A DNA stretch of 64,000 bases, taken from positions 88,926-152,925 of the forward strand of contig DAITOA010000001.1 in the NCBI GenBank assembly GCA_036834365.1. The letters run 5' to 3'. The position numbers were made by a program, and so were the translations under genes. The stretch comes from Thermodesulfobacteriota bacterium (GTDB lineage: Bacteria; Desulfobacterota; Desulfomonilia; UBA1062). Under the pieces are notes generated by a model. It worked only from the letters and a program-made list of their open reading frames with translations. It had not been told where the DNA came from and did not search any database. Shown piece after piece: positions 19,096 through 27,544 of this stretch (position 1 is the first letter of the stretch; every line of letters begins with the position of its first letter).

Positions 19096-20611
19096 CTAAT
19101 ATTTGAGAACCAGTAAGCTTTTTAACGGTAACATCACCTACACCCGGAGTCAACACAAAGTGAATGCCTTCGCCGGTGGATTTCTTGTCCGCAAAGATGG
19201 ACTCTCCTATACGGTCCGGATGCGGGTAGTCAAGCTCTTCGAGGGGGTATGCATGCTTTCTGACGAGCCGGAAGATCCGGTCCGCCTCCTTGGGCGGTAC
19301 AAGGCCGAGCTCACGGGAGAGCCAGACGGCGAAGTACATCCCGGCGGACACTGCGCGGCCGTGGCTCATGGCGAACCCATGGGCGTGCTCCACGGCGTGT
19401 CCCAGGGTATGACCGAAGTTCAGGGTCCTGCGGAGACCCCCTTCCCGTTCGTCCCGGCTCACCACCGATGCCTTGTCCCGGACGCACATGGTCACGACCT
19501 TCAGATAATCGAGGTCTCCCGCTGCCTCCAGGTATTCGAACAGCGGGGTGTCCATGATGATCCCGTACTTGATGACCTCTGCCATGGCGTCTCTGATCAG
19601 AGAGGCATCGAGGGTGTCGAGGAACGCCGTATCGCTCACCACCAGAAGCGGCTGGTGAAAGGTTCCCACCAGGTTCTTGCCCTGCCTCACGTCGATGCCC
19701 GTCTTGCCCCCGATGCCCGAATCCACCTGGGCCAGCAGGGTCGTGGGGACCTGCACCACCGGGATGCCCCGCATGAAGATACTGGAGGCAAAGGCCGCCA
19801 GGTCGCCGGTCACGCCGCCCCCGATGGCGAGGCAGATCCACTGCCGGTTCGCCTGTGCTGAGAACATCTCGTCCAGGACATTCTTCAGAAAATCGAAGGA
19901 CTTGGATGCCTCGCCCGAGGGAACCGTCACGACGGCGTTTCTCGTCCCTGTCAGGCAGGAGCGGATTACGGACCCATGGTGAGCCATGACCTGCTCGTCC
20001 ACGAGCGCGAAAAGACCTTCAGGCCGAAGGTGCCGGGACAGGTATCTCCGCATGTCCGGGATGATGCCGCTGCCGATGTGCACCGGATAGGGTGAAGATG
20101 GGGCCAGTACCGGCACCGGGTCAGGGAGTGCATGGGCCCAACCGGCCACCGCATCGACCACGTCCCCGGGGGAAAGGCCATCCGTATCCACGATGAAATC
20201 GGCATCGTCATAGGCCGGGGTTCTTTCCTGGAGAAGACTGCGGGCGTTTGTATCCCACAGGGGTCTTGCAGAATCTTCGGGCACGCGCCCGGACAGTGTT
20301 TCGAAGCCCGCCCGCAGGTGCACGATGTATCCGCTTGCCTTCATGACCGCCCTGTTTGCGGGGTCGACCGGCAGACCTCCGCCTGTGGCCACCACGGCCT
20401 GTATGCCCCGGCCGGCCACGTCGAGGAGGGCATCGTGTTCCAGTACCCTGAAGGCGCTCTCCCCTGCGACGCCAAAGATCTCCCTGACGGAGCTCCGAGT
20501 GCGGGAGCAGATTTCCTCATCGAGATCGAAGAAGGCGCAGCCGAGACGTTCTGCAAGCCTCCTGCCCGCAGTGGTCTTGCCGGCACCCATGAAACCGGTC
20601 AGGAAGATCAT
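19049..20611 (-). CDS. aroKB: Bifunctional shikimate kinase / 3-dehydroquinate synthase (AroK-AroB fusion)
   Basis: N-terminal P-loop 'MIFLTGFMGAGKTTAGRRLAERLG' (shikimate kinase), then the DHQ synthase core 'GGGVTGDLAAFASSIFMRGIPVVQVPTTLLAQVDSGIGGKTGID'. Confidence 0.88.
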   Translation of the reverse strand: MIFLTGFMGAGKTTAGRRLAERLGCAFFDLDEEICSRTRSSVREIFGVAGESAFRVLEHDALLDVAGRGIQAVVATGGGLPVDPANRAVMKASGYIVHLRAGFETLSGRVPEDSARPLWDTNARSLLQERTPAYDDADFIVDTDGLSPGDVVDAVAGWAHALPDPVPVLAPSSPYPVHIGSGIIPDMRRYLSRHLRPEGLFALVDEQVMAHHGSVIRSCLTGTRNAVVTVPSGEASKSFDFLKNVLDEMFSAQANRQWICLAIGGGVTGDLAAFASSIFMRGIPVVQVPTTLLAQVDSGIGGKTGIDVRQGKNLVGTFHQPLLVVSDTAFLDTLDASLIRDAMAEVIKYGIIMDTPLFEYLEAAGDLDYLKVVTMCVRDKASVVSRDEREGGLRRTLNFGHTLGHAVEHAHGFAMSHGRAVSAGMYFAVWLSRELGLVPPKEADRIFRLVRKHAYPLEELDYPHPDRIGESIFADKKSTGEGIHFVLTPGVGDVTVKKLTGSQILGAYGRFVRESAEGLR

Positions 20612-21741
20612 AGACTCTCCCAGTATGTTCTGTGCTCTGCGAAGGCGTCCGCAAGGGCGTCCATGGAGGGCTGGGTGAACCCATCGAGGATGGCGCCCGA
20701 AAGCGCAATGACGGCCATGGCCTCGCCTACCACCGAGGCCGCCGGCACGGCGCAGACATCGGAACGTTCATAGCCTGCCTGCACGGGAGAGCCGTCGCGC
20801 AGGTCAACGGTGGGCAGGCCCCTGGTGAGGGTGGGGATCGGCTTCATGGTGCACCTGATGACCACGGGCTCGCCGTTGGTCATGCCGCCCTCCAGGCCCC
20901 CCGCATTGTTGGACGATCTGGTCTTGGGTCTGGTCGGCAGGATGGGATCGTGTATCAGGGATCCCGGCTTTTCCCCGCAGGCGATGCCGGCGCCGATCTG
21001 GACCGCCTTGATGGCCGGTATGGACATGAGGTGCAGCGTGAGCAGGGCATCGAGCCGTTTGTCCCACTGGGTGTACGAGCCGATGCCCGGGGGAAGACCC
21101 GATGCCGTCACGACGAACTCACCGCCCAGGGAGTCGCCGTCCGCTGCGGCATGGTCGATGGCCCGCTCCATCTCTCCGGTCGCCTTGCCGTCGGGACAGA
21201 AGACGCTCGATGCGTCACGTGCCTGCAGGTCGAAAGGCCCGTCGTAGGCGATGGGCCCGATCCTCGTGACCCATGAACAGACCTCTATCCCCAAGGCGGA
21301 AAGGAAGGACTTCAGCAGGCCGCCGGCAGCCACGCGGCCTGCGGTCTCGCGGGCGCTGGAGCGTTCGAGGACGTCTCTCAGGTCTTTGTGCCGGTACCGG
21401 ACGGCGCCGGCCAGGTCGGCATGGCCGGGCCGCGGTGTATGGAGCTCCCTGCCTGCTTCGATGCGCCAGGGGTCCAGGAACTGCTTCCAGTTCTCGAAGT
21501 CCCGATTCCACACGGCCAGCAGAATCGGGCTCGCCAGGGTGAGGCCTCCCCGGATACCGGAGAGCACATCGACCCGGTCTTTCTCGATGGCCATTCTGCC
21601 CCCCCTTCCGTAGCCGAGCTGGCGGCGGGCAAGGTCGGCATCGATAACGCCGCGGTCCACCCGGAGCCCTGCAGGCAGGCCGTCCAGGAAGGCGAAGACG
21701 CCCCGGCCATGCGATTCACCCGCAGTGTAGAAGACGAGCAT
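20608..21741 (-). CDS. aroC: Chorismate synthase
   Basis: 'MLVFYTAGESHG' N-terminus (compare B. subtilis MRYLTAGESHG) and FMN-binding regions. Start at the ATG at 21741, with GGAGG 5 nt upstream; the track ORF begins at an upstream GTG. Confidence 0.9.
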   Translation of the reverse strand: MLVFYTAGESHGRGVFAFLDGLPAGLRVDRGVIDADLARRQLGYGRGGRMAIEKDRVDVLSGIRGGLTLASPILLAVWNRDFENWKQFLDPWRIEAGRELHTPRPGHADLAGAVRYRHKDLRDVLERSSARETAGRVAAGGLLKSFLSALGIEVCSWVTRIGPIAYDGPFDLQARDASSVFCPDGKATGEMERAIDHAAADGDSLGGEFVVTASGLPPGIGSYTQWDKRLDALLTLHLMSIPAIKAVQIGAGIACGEKPGSLIHDPILPTRPKTRSSNNAGGLEGGMTNGEPVVIRCTMKPIPTLTRGLPTVDLRDGSPVQAGYERSDVCAVPAASVVGEAMAVIALSGAILDGFTQPSMDALADAFAEHRTYWESL

Positions 21742-21772
21742 GAAACCTCCAAACACGATTCAATGGGGTGTG

Positions 21773-21802
21773 ATTATGGTGGATGGAGGCAGGGTTTGTC
21801 AA
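21773..21802 (-). promoter_or_regulatory. Sigma70-like promoter of the aroC superoperon (-35 TTGACA, 18-bp spacer, -10 CATAAT)
   Basis: Minus strand reads TTGACAaaccctgcctccatccacCATAATcacacc, about 30 nt upstream of the aroC ATG. Confidence 0.55.
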
Positions 21803-21844
21803 CAGAGGGCCATAAAAGGTGGGTGGTGCTCTTTCTCCTGTCAA

Positions 21845-21855
21845 GGGGGGGGGGG
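21845..21855. repeat. Homopolymeric G11 tract (C11 on the minus strand) upstream of the aro promoter
   Basis: Read directly as 'tcaagggggggggggatgg'. Flanked by the imperfect 22-bp direct repeats ggtgctctttctcctgtcaagg (21825-21846) and ggttctctttttcctgtgtcgg (21858-21879). Confidence 0.9.
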
Positions 21856-21938
21856 ATGGTTCTCTTTTTCCTGTGTCGGTCGTCTGGAACTCCCATGACA
21901 CCCGATGGAAATGAGAAACTCTCCCCCCTTAAGAATCC

Positions 21939-23840
21939 TCAGAATCTCATCTTCGCCGCAAACCGGTAGGTCCTCCCTGCTACGGGGTAGTAGAACGACC
22001 CCCAGTCCGTCGTGCTCACGTATTCGGGGGATCGGTCGTCCAGGAGGTTGTCCACCTTGAAGGATACATTGGCGTTGGGCCCCACATCGTAGAGAACGGC
22101 GGCATTGACGAGGTACCGGTTGTCGGTCCTCTCCGTGTTGGCCTCATCCTCATAGGCCCTGCCCCTGAGCTGGTAGGAGAGCGTGACGGTCATGGCACGG
22201 TCCGCGATCTCCTCATAGAGATCCGTCTGGAGATTGAGGACCTGAGAAGGCTTCTGGCCGAGCTCGTTTCCCTCGTACTGCCCGCTCTCATAGGTATACC
22301 TGCTCAGGATGTAGTTGGCGGAGAGCATGATGTTTTCCAGGGGCGATGCCCAGACGCTGGCCTCCATGCCCTGGGCGAGCACCTTGTCCACATTGATGTA
22401 GGTGAATGTCTCCGGTTCCGGGTAGTCCATCTTGATGAGGTCGCGGTAGGTGGTGCGGAAGTAGTTTGCGCCGATCCCGAAGCCGTTGAAGGTAACGACC
22501 GGGCCGATGTCGAAGCCCAATGATTTCTCTGGCTCGAGGTCGGGATTTTGGATGAAGGTGTACCAGCTGGAAGGGGCATAGAGCTGCCCCATGGTCGGCT
22601 CGCGGTAACCGCTGCCCGCATTGGCCTTGAGCTGGACATGCCGGAACACTTTCCATGCGGCACCTGTATGGTACGACCACCGCTCGTCGAACTCCGAGCT
22701 GTCATCGTACCTGCCGGTGAGTTCGAGAGAAACGGGATCCAGGTCGATGCCGGTCGAGAGGACGCCGCTTGCCGTGCCCCGGCTATGGACCCCGTAGTCG
22801 TCGCTGTCCATGCGCTCGTGGAGGTATTCCATGGATGGTCTCAATGCAAAGATCCCCACCTTTCTCGCATAGGACAGCGATAAGGCCCGGTCCACCAGCT
22901 TCTGTCTGCTGTCCCCGAAGACGCTCTCAGTGCTCGTGCGGTTTGCAATCATCCACGTCCTCAGCTTCACCGATTCGTTGCCGGATATATCATGGCCGGT
23001 CTCCGCCACGTACATGTCCTGCACGGTGATCACCGAATCATCGGGGGTTATGACGCCTGCAGTCCCCTCACCGCCGGGCGAGCCGTTCTCCTGGATGATG
23101 CGGTTTCCCGTGAGCGAGGTTTTCCACCCGCTTGCGTCGAACACCGCCTTGAACAGGCCGGAGGTGTTCTCATAGCCGTTGTTGTCCCTTCTCGCAGAGC
23201 TGCCGTCTTCCCGCTCATAGCGGAAGTCATAGTCGGCAAATGAACGGGTGAGGTTGGCGAGGATGCCGATCTCCCCTGCCCTCATGCTCAGATGCCCGTG
23301 ATAGAGCCCGTACCCGTAGGTGCCCTGGGACGCGGTGAGCTCATACTCATCCGTGGGAGACGGGTCGGCGGTGACGAGGTTTACCACCCCGCCCATGGCC
23401 GCCTTTCCGAAGACCGCGCTGTTGCTGCCCCTGATCACCTCGATCTGTTCGATATCCGGCATCACGTACCGGGACAGATCCACGATGTCGCCGGTGACCT
23501 GGTTTAAGGGTATGCCGTCGATCATGATGAGGGTCTGCTGGAAGTTCGATCCGCGCACCGACAGGGGCGACGGTGTGGCGCCGCCGTAATCGGAGAGGTC
23601 CACGGAAGAAGCGTGTCGGAGCGTCTCCTCGGTGTCGATGAGGCCTGTGGACTCGGGGCCGACCGTGATGATGTCGGAAAAGGAAGTATCTGCCTTTTCG
23701 ACGACGGAACCCTGCGGTGCATTCTCCACCGTCGGTGTAACGACGATGAGAATTTCGGAATCCGCAGGCAGGAATCTGGGAAAGGTGAAGAGACACACGA
23801 TCAGGAAAAGGAGAAACACGGGTGTAAAACGATGGGACAT
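21939..23840 (-). CDS. TonB-dependent outer-membrane receptor, probably a cobalamin/corrinoid transporter (BtuB-like)
   Basis: 633 aa with signal peptide and N-terminal plug region, a beta-barrel ending in the terminal aromatic 'AAKMRF', and a cobalamin riboswitch in the 5' leader. Confidence 0.85.
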   Translation of the reverse strand: MSHRFTPVFLLFLIVCLFTFPRFLPADSEILIVVTPTVENAPQGSVVEKADTSFSDIITVGPESTGLIDTEETLRHASSVDLSDYGGATPSPLSVRGSNFQQTLIMIDGIPLNQVTGDIVDLSRYVMPDIEQIEVIRGSNSAVFGKAAMGGVVNLVTADPSPTDEYELTASQGTYGYGLYHGHLSMRAGEIGILANLTRSFADYDFRYEREDGSSARRDNNGYENTSGLFKAVFDASGWKTSLTGNRIIQENGSPGGEGTAGVITPDDSVITVQDMYVAETGHDISGNESVKLRTWMIANRTSTESVFGDSRQKLVDRALSLSYARKVGIFALRPSMEYLHERMDSDDYGVHSRGTASGVLSTGIDLDPVSLELTGRYDDSSEFDERWSYHTGAAWKVFRHVQLKANAGSGYREPTMGQLYAPSSWYTFIQNPDLEPEKSLGFDIGPVVTFNGFGIGANYFRTTYRDLIKMDYPEPETFTYINVDKVLAQGMEASVWASPLENIMLSANYILSRYTYESGQYEGNELGQKPSQVLNLQTDLYEEIADRAMTVTLSYQLRGRAYEDEANTERTDNRYLVNAAVLYDVGPNANVSFKVDNLLDDRSPEYVSTTDWGSFYYPVAGRTYRFAAKMRF

Positions 23841-23934
23841 CTGGACACCTCCATGGATTTTTCCCTTGGAGTCTCCACCCGGGTACGCGGGTGTAGTCCG
23901 TACTGCGGATAGGTCTTCTGACTCACGGTCTTTT

Positions 23935-24060
23935 CAGCAGCCTTGCCTTCCCGCTTGCGCAGTGGCATTGAAAGGTCTGCCATGTCCGTTTACAGCGGCG
24001 TCCCCGTCCCGGATTTACACCGGGTTCCCTTGAATCCGCAGCAGGGTGAGGTTTTGATAA
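23935..24060 (-). promoter_or_regulatory. Cobalamin (AdoCbl) riboswitch in the 5' leader of the TonB-dependent receptor gene
   Basis: Minus strand reads ..AAGGGAACCCGGTGTAAATCCGGGACGGGGACGCCGCTGTAAACGG..AATGCCACTGCGCAAGCGGGAAGGCAAGG. This matches the conserved cobalamin-riboswitch core (GGGAA..GGTG.AAATCC..CCGC.ACTGTAA) and the B12 box GCCACTG followed by GGGAAGGC. Confidence 0.85.
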
Positions 24061-24118
24061 CAGACTGGCGTCGGGGGTGTCAAATTATTCTCTTGCACTG
24101 CCTGGAATTCTCTGGCAT

Positions 24119-24202
24119 ATGCGGAGTATGAAGACAGTATCGGCACCCACATATTTCGGCTATTATTTCTGGTTTTACGGGATGTGGCCACCTGTGGGCT
24201 GA
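24119..24202 (+). CDS. Aromatic-amino-acid-rich leader peptide (27 aa: MRSMKTVSAPTYFGYYFWFYGMWPPVG)
   Basis: ATG at 24119 (alternative ATG at 24128), TGA at 24200. 9 of 13 consecutive residues are Tyr, Phe or Trp. Sits 23 nt upstream of an intrinsic terminator in the DAHP synthase leader. Confidence 0.7.
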   Translation: MRSMKTVSAPTYFGYYFWFYGMWPPVG

Positions 24203-24225
24203 ACTGTTCGGATACGAACACACCA

Positions 24226-24261
24226 GGCCGTGGGTGGTCACCTCCCACGGCCTTTTTCTTT
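24226..24261 (+). terminator. Intrinsic terminator (attenuator) in the aroF leader
   Basis: GGCCGTGGG-tggtcacct-CCCACGGCC is a perfect 9-bp GC-rich stem followed by TTTTTCTTT. Located between the leader peptide and the DAHP synthase start. Confidence 0.85.
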
Positions 24262-24314
24262 GGAGGCCCTGGGAAGTGATACACGCGGCTTAGGAAAACG
24301 GAAAGGAGGCCAGT

Positions 24315-25334
24315 GTGATCATTTCTATGAAAAAGGGAGCATCTCAAGAACAGATCGACCACGTCAAAACCCTCATCGAGTCGTTCGGCTACCGGATACA
24401 CGAGAGCATAGGTGAGGAGCGGACCCTGCTGGGGGCCATCGGAGACGAGCGGGGCAAGGAGAGGCTCACCAGTCTGGAAGCCCAGCCCGGCGTCGAGAAG
24501 GTTATCCGCATCCTGAGCCCGTACAAGCTCGCTTCCCGGGAGACCAAGGTCGAGCCCACGGTGGTGGATCTCGGCATGGGGGTGAAGGTGGGCAACAGCC
24601 GCATTGCCGTCATGGCCGGGCCGTGCGCCGTGGAATCAAAGGAGCAGATCATGGAGGTTGCCCGGGCCATCAAGGAATGCGGGGGGCATGTTCTGCGGGG
24701 CGGCGCCTTCAAGCCGAGGACCTCGCCGTATGCGTTCCAGGGCCTGAAGAACGATGGCCTTCTGCTCCTGTCCATGGCGCGTGAGCAGTTCGGCATACCC
24801 GTGGTGACGGAGGTCATGGATGTCGCCCATATCGAGGTCATCCTGGAAAATGCGGACTGTCTGCAGGTCGGAGCCCGCAACATCCAGAATTTCCAGCTCC
24901 TGAAAGAAGTCGGCCGGACGAACAAACCGGTCCTGCTCAAGCGCGGCATGTCGACCACCATCGAGGAATTCCTCATGTCGGCCGAGTATGTGCTCTCGGC
25001 GGGCAACAGTCAGGTGATCATGTGCGAGCGGGGCATCCGCACCTTCGAGACCGCCACCCGGAACACCCTGGATCTCTCGGCCGTGCCGGTGCTCAAGGAG
25101 AAGACCCATCTGCCCGTCATCGTGGACCCGTCGCACGGCACGGGGCACGCCCGCTATGTGGAAGCCATGTCGTACGCCGCCATCGCGGCCGGGGCCGACG
25201 GCCTCATGATCGAAGTTCACCCGCGTCCTGAAGAGGCCCTGTCCGACGGACCGCAATCCCTGCGGCCGGACGAGTTCAAACGGGTCATGGAAGGCGTCAG
25301 GCGGATAGCCAGGGCAGTGGGAAGGGATGTATGA
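24315..25334 (+). CDS. aroF: 3-deoxy-7-phosphoheptulonate (DAHP) synthase, type I-beta with N-terminal regulatory domain
   Basis: N-terminal ACT/FL-like regulatory domain, then a KDSR/DAHPS TIM-barrel core '[43 protein letters not shown]'. GTG start with AAAGGAGG 5 nt upstream. Confidence 0.88.
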   Translation: MIISMKKGASQEQIDHVKTLIESFGYRIHESIGEERTLLGAIGDERGKERLTSLEAQPGVEKVIRILSPYKLASRETKVEPTVVDLGMGVKVGNSRIAVMAGPCAVESKEQIMEVARAIKECGGHVLRGGAFKPRTSPYAFQGLKNDGLLLLSMAREQFGIPVVTEVMDVAHIEVILENADCLQVGARNIQNFQLLKEVGRTNKPVLLKRGMSTTIEEFLMSAEYVLSAGNSQVIMCERGIRTFETATRNTLDLSAVPVLKEKTHLPVIVDPSHGTGHARYVEAMSYAAIAAGADGLMIEVHPRPEEALSDGPQSLRPDEFKRVMEGVRRIARAVGRDV

Positions 25335-25377
25335 GGGGCTTGATTCTTCCCTGATTCATCCCTAGTATAGAGGCATT

Positions 25378-25905
25378 ATGGGATACTTTATGCCGGAGCA
25401 TAAGATCGCCGTCAGGTACGGCTCATGTCTTGCAGAGCGTGTGGTCTGCAAGGAGCTGAGCTGGAGCGGCAGCGGCATGTACGACATCAAGACCCTGGCC
25501 GAATTCGATGAAGAGGCGCCGAAAGGCGGGGTCTTCGCCCAGCTCCTGCGCGTGGAGCCGTTGAGGTCCACTCTGCCCCCCCACTACCGGGTCTGCCTGC
25601 AGGACAGGGAGATCCTGGATTTCGTGGAGGGGAACCTGGATATTGACCTTGTGTCGCTCATCACCTACATCATGACCCACGAGCTGCTCCATATCCACCG
25701 TTTCGCCACCGGCAAGGCCGATTTCTTCGGCGAGAGCAGGGACGAGGAGGTCATGGTGGATGCCCTCACGCGGGTCTTCCTGGCCAAGAACCCGGTCATC
25801 GGACTGAAAAGGGTGCTGTCCCTCCTTGACAAGATCGCGGCGGCGCCACTATATAACGACCACATCCTGAAAAACGAGCAGAGGTGCGTCAATGCCTATC
25901 TATGA
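25378..25905 (+). CDS. Hypothetical HExxH-motif protein (possible SprT/WLM-like zinc metallopeptidase fold)
   Basis: 175 aa. The only motif is 'ITYIMTHELLHIHRF' (HEXXH). No signal peptide. Confidence 0.4.
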   Translation: MGYFMPEHKIAVRYGSCLAERVVCKELSWSGSGMYDIKTLAEFDEEAPKGGVFAQLLRVEPLRSTLPPHYRVCLQDREILDFVEGNLDIDLVSLITYIMTHELLHIHRFATGKADFFGESRDEEVMVDALTRVFLAKNPVIGLKRVLSLLDKIAAAPLYNDHILKNEQRCVNAYL

Positions 25906-26170
25906 ATACCGGTGTCTGAAATGCAACCATGAGTTCGAGGCCATGCAGAAGTTCAGCGATGCCCCCCTGAGCAAGTGCCCGTCCTGCGGTGGCAAGGCCA
26001 AGAGGCTCATATCCCGTTCGTCCTTCCAGCTCAAGGGCTCGGGGTGGTATCTGACCGACTATGCCAAGAAGGGTTCGCCCCGGGACATTCCGGAGAGCAA
26101 GTCTTCGTCGGATACGTCCTCGGATGCTCCTACCCCCTCTTCGACCACGTCATCGAGCGATGACGACTGA
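25892..26170 (+). CDS. FmdB-family zinc-ribbon protein
   Basis: 'MPIYEYRCLKCNHEFEAMQKFSDAPLSKCPSCGG' has the CxxC...CxxC FmdB signature, with an acidic Ser/Asp-rich tail. Overlaps the upstream ORF by 14 bp. Confidence 0.8.
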   Translation: MPIYEYRCLKCNHEFEAMQKFSDAPLSKCPSCGGKAKRLISRSSFQLKGSGWYLTDYAKKGSPRDIPESKSSSDTSSDAPTPSSTTSSSDDD

Positions 26171-26178
26171 AGGCTGAA

Positions 26179-26652
26179 ATGGCTCTGACCCATCTCGACA
26201 GGAAGGGCCGCGTCAGCATGGTGGATGTGGGTGAAAAGACAGTGACCCGCAGGGCCGCCAGGGCGAAGGGAATCATCCGGATGAGTACGGATGCCTTTGC
26301 CGCCGTGATGTCCGATTCCGTGAAGAAGGGAAATGTCCTGGCAACGGCGAAGATAGCCGGGATCATGGCCGCAAAGAACACGGGCACCACCATCCCTCTC
26401 TGTCACCCGCTCCCCATAGAGCACATCTCCGTCGATTTTCACCCGGACGAGTCGTCGTCTTCCATCGGGGCCGAGGCCACGGTGAAGGTGTCCGGCAGGA
26501 CCGGTGTCGAGATGGAGGCGCTCCACGCCGTAACCGTGGCCCTGCTCACCATCTATGACATGGTCAAGGCAGTGGACAAATCCATGACCATCGGGGAGAT
26601 CCGGCTGGAAGAGAAGTCCGGCGGGAGAAGCGGGCACTACAAACGGAAGTAG
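26179..26652 (+). CDS. moaC: Cyclic pyranopterin monophosphate synthase accessory protein MoaC
   Basis: 'LTHLDRKGRVSMVDVGEKTVTRRAARAKG..' MoaC family, 157 aa. Confidence 0.88.
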   Translation: MALTHLDRKGRVSMVDVGEKTVTRRAARAKGIIRMSTDAFAAVMSDSVKKGNVLATAKIAGIMAAKNTGTTIPLCHPLPIEHISVDFHPDESSSSIGAEATVKVSGRTGVEMEALHAVTVALLTIYDMVKAVDKSMTIGEIRLEEKSGGRSGHYKRK

Positions 26653-26747
26653 TCCCTCGCAGTAACGGGGATGCGGCGTCCGCCGCCCCTGTGAGACAAC
26701 CCTTTGACTGTCCCTTAAGGAGCGGCGACCGCTGCGGATTGAATACG

Positions 26748-27410
26748 CTACTGCGTCAGGGGTGCGAGCTGGAGCTCGACCCGGCGGTTCTGCTGGCGGC
26801 CCGCCTCGGTGTCGTTGCTGGCGATGGGCCTGGATTCGCCGAAGCCCTGGGTGACGACCCTTCTCCCGTCCACACCCTGCGAGATGAGGTACTGGCCGAC
26901 GCTGGCGGCGCGGCGCTCGGACAGGGTCTGGTTGTAGGCGTCACTGCCCACGCTGTCCGTGTGCCCGTAGACGTCGATGAGGGTCTTGTCGAACTCCTTG
27001 AGCACCAGGACCACGGAGTTGAGGACATCATAGAAGCCCGCATTGATATCGGAGCTGTCGGTCTTGAAGGTGACGTTGCCCGGCATGTTGAGGATGATGT
27101 TGTCCCCCTGCCTGGTCACGCTCACCCCGGTGCCCTGGAGCCTCTGCCTGAGCTTGTCCTCCTGACGGTCCATGTAGTAGCCGACCCCTGTCCCGGTGAG
27201 GCCTCCCACTCCGGCACCGATGAGGGCTCCCTTGCGTTTGTCCTTGCTCACCGCGGCCCCGACGGCGGCACCGCCCGCGGCCCCGATGAGCCCCCCTATG
27301 GCCGCCTTGCTCAGCTTCTGCTCTCCGGTATACGGATCGGTCGTGCAGCCGCCCTCGAAGAGAAACAGAGCCGCCACGGCAATCACGAGACCATAACTTA
27401 CGATGCGCAT
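26748..27410 (-). CDS. OmpA-family lipoprotein with glycine-zipper region
   Basis: Signal and lipobox 'LFLFEGGC', Gly-rich zipper 'GGLIGAAGGAAVGAAV', and a C-terminal OmpA domain 'DSVGSDAYNQTLSERRAASVGQYL'. ATG at 27410 is preceded by a G-rich RBS. Confidence 0.75.
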   Translation of the reverse strand: MRIVSYGLVIAVAALFLFEGGCTTDPYTGEQKLSKAAIGGLIGAAGGAAVGAAVSKDKRKGALIGAGVGGLTGTGVGYYMDRQEDKLRQRLQGTGVSVTRQGDNIILNMPGNVTFKTDSSDINAGFYDVLNSVVLVLKEFDKTLIDVYGHTDSVGSDAYNQTLSERRAASVGQYLISQGVDGRRVVTQGFGESRPIASNDTEAGRQQNRRVELQLAPLTQ

Positions 27411-27544
27411 TGTCTTCCCCCCTTTTCTATTCCGATATACGGGCGATGAAAAACCCGTGAACATCATGATTCAGCGGTTTCCGCTATGTACATAATAATC
27501 GTGAACAGCCGGGCTTTCAACAGGATTCCGAAGACACTGTCCGG

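Noticed and set aside
21845-21855. Poly-G tract as a G-quadruplex
   Set aside because: Only a single G-run is present. A canonical intramolecular G4 needs four tracts. Slippage or UP-element effects are more plausible and are reported as such.
21388-21969. 193-aa plus-strand ORF spanning the poly-G region
   Set aside because: It is read through the aroC 5' end and promoter on the wrong strand, and its C-terminus is just the translated homopolymer (..SRGGGMVLFF..). This is not a gene, so the region is treated as regulatory.
24035-24118. Exact promoters for the divergent riboswitch and attenuator transcripts
   Set aside because: Candidate hexamers exist (for example TTGATA at 24052-24057 and TTGCAC at 24093-24098), but the spacing and -10 matches are ambiguous by eye, so no promoter feature is claimed.
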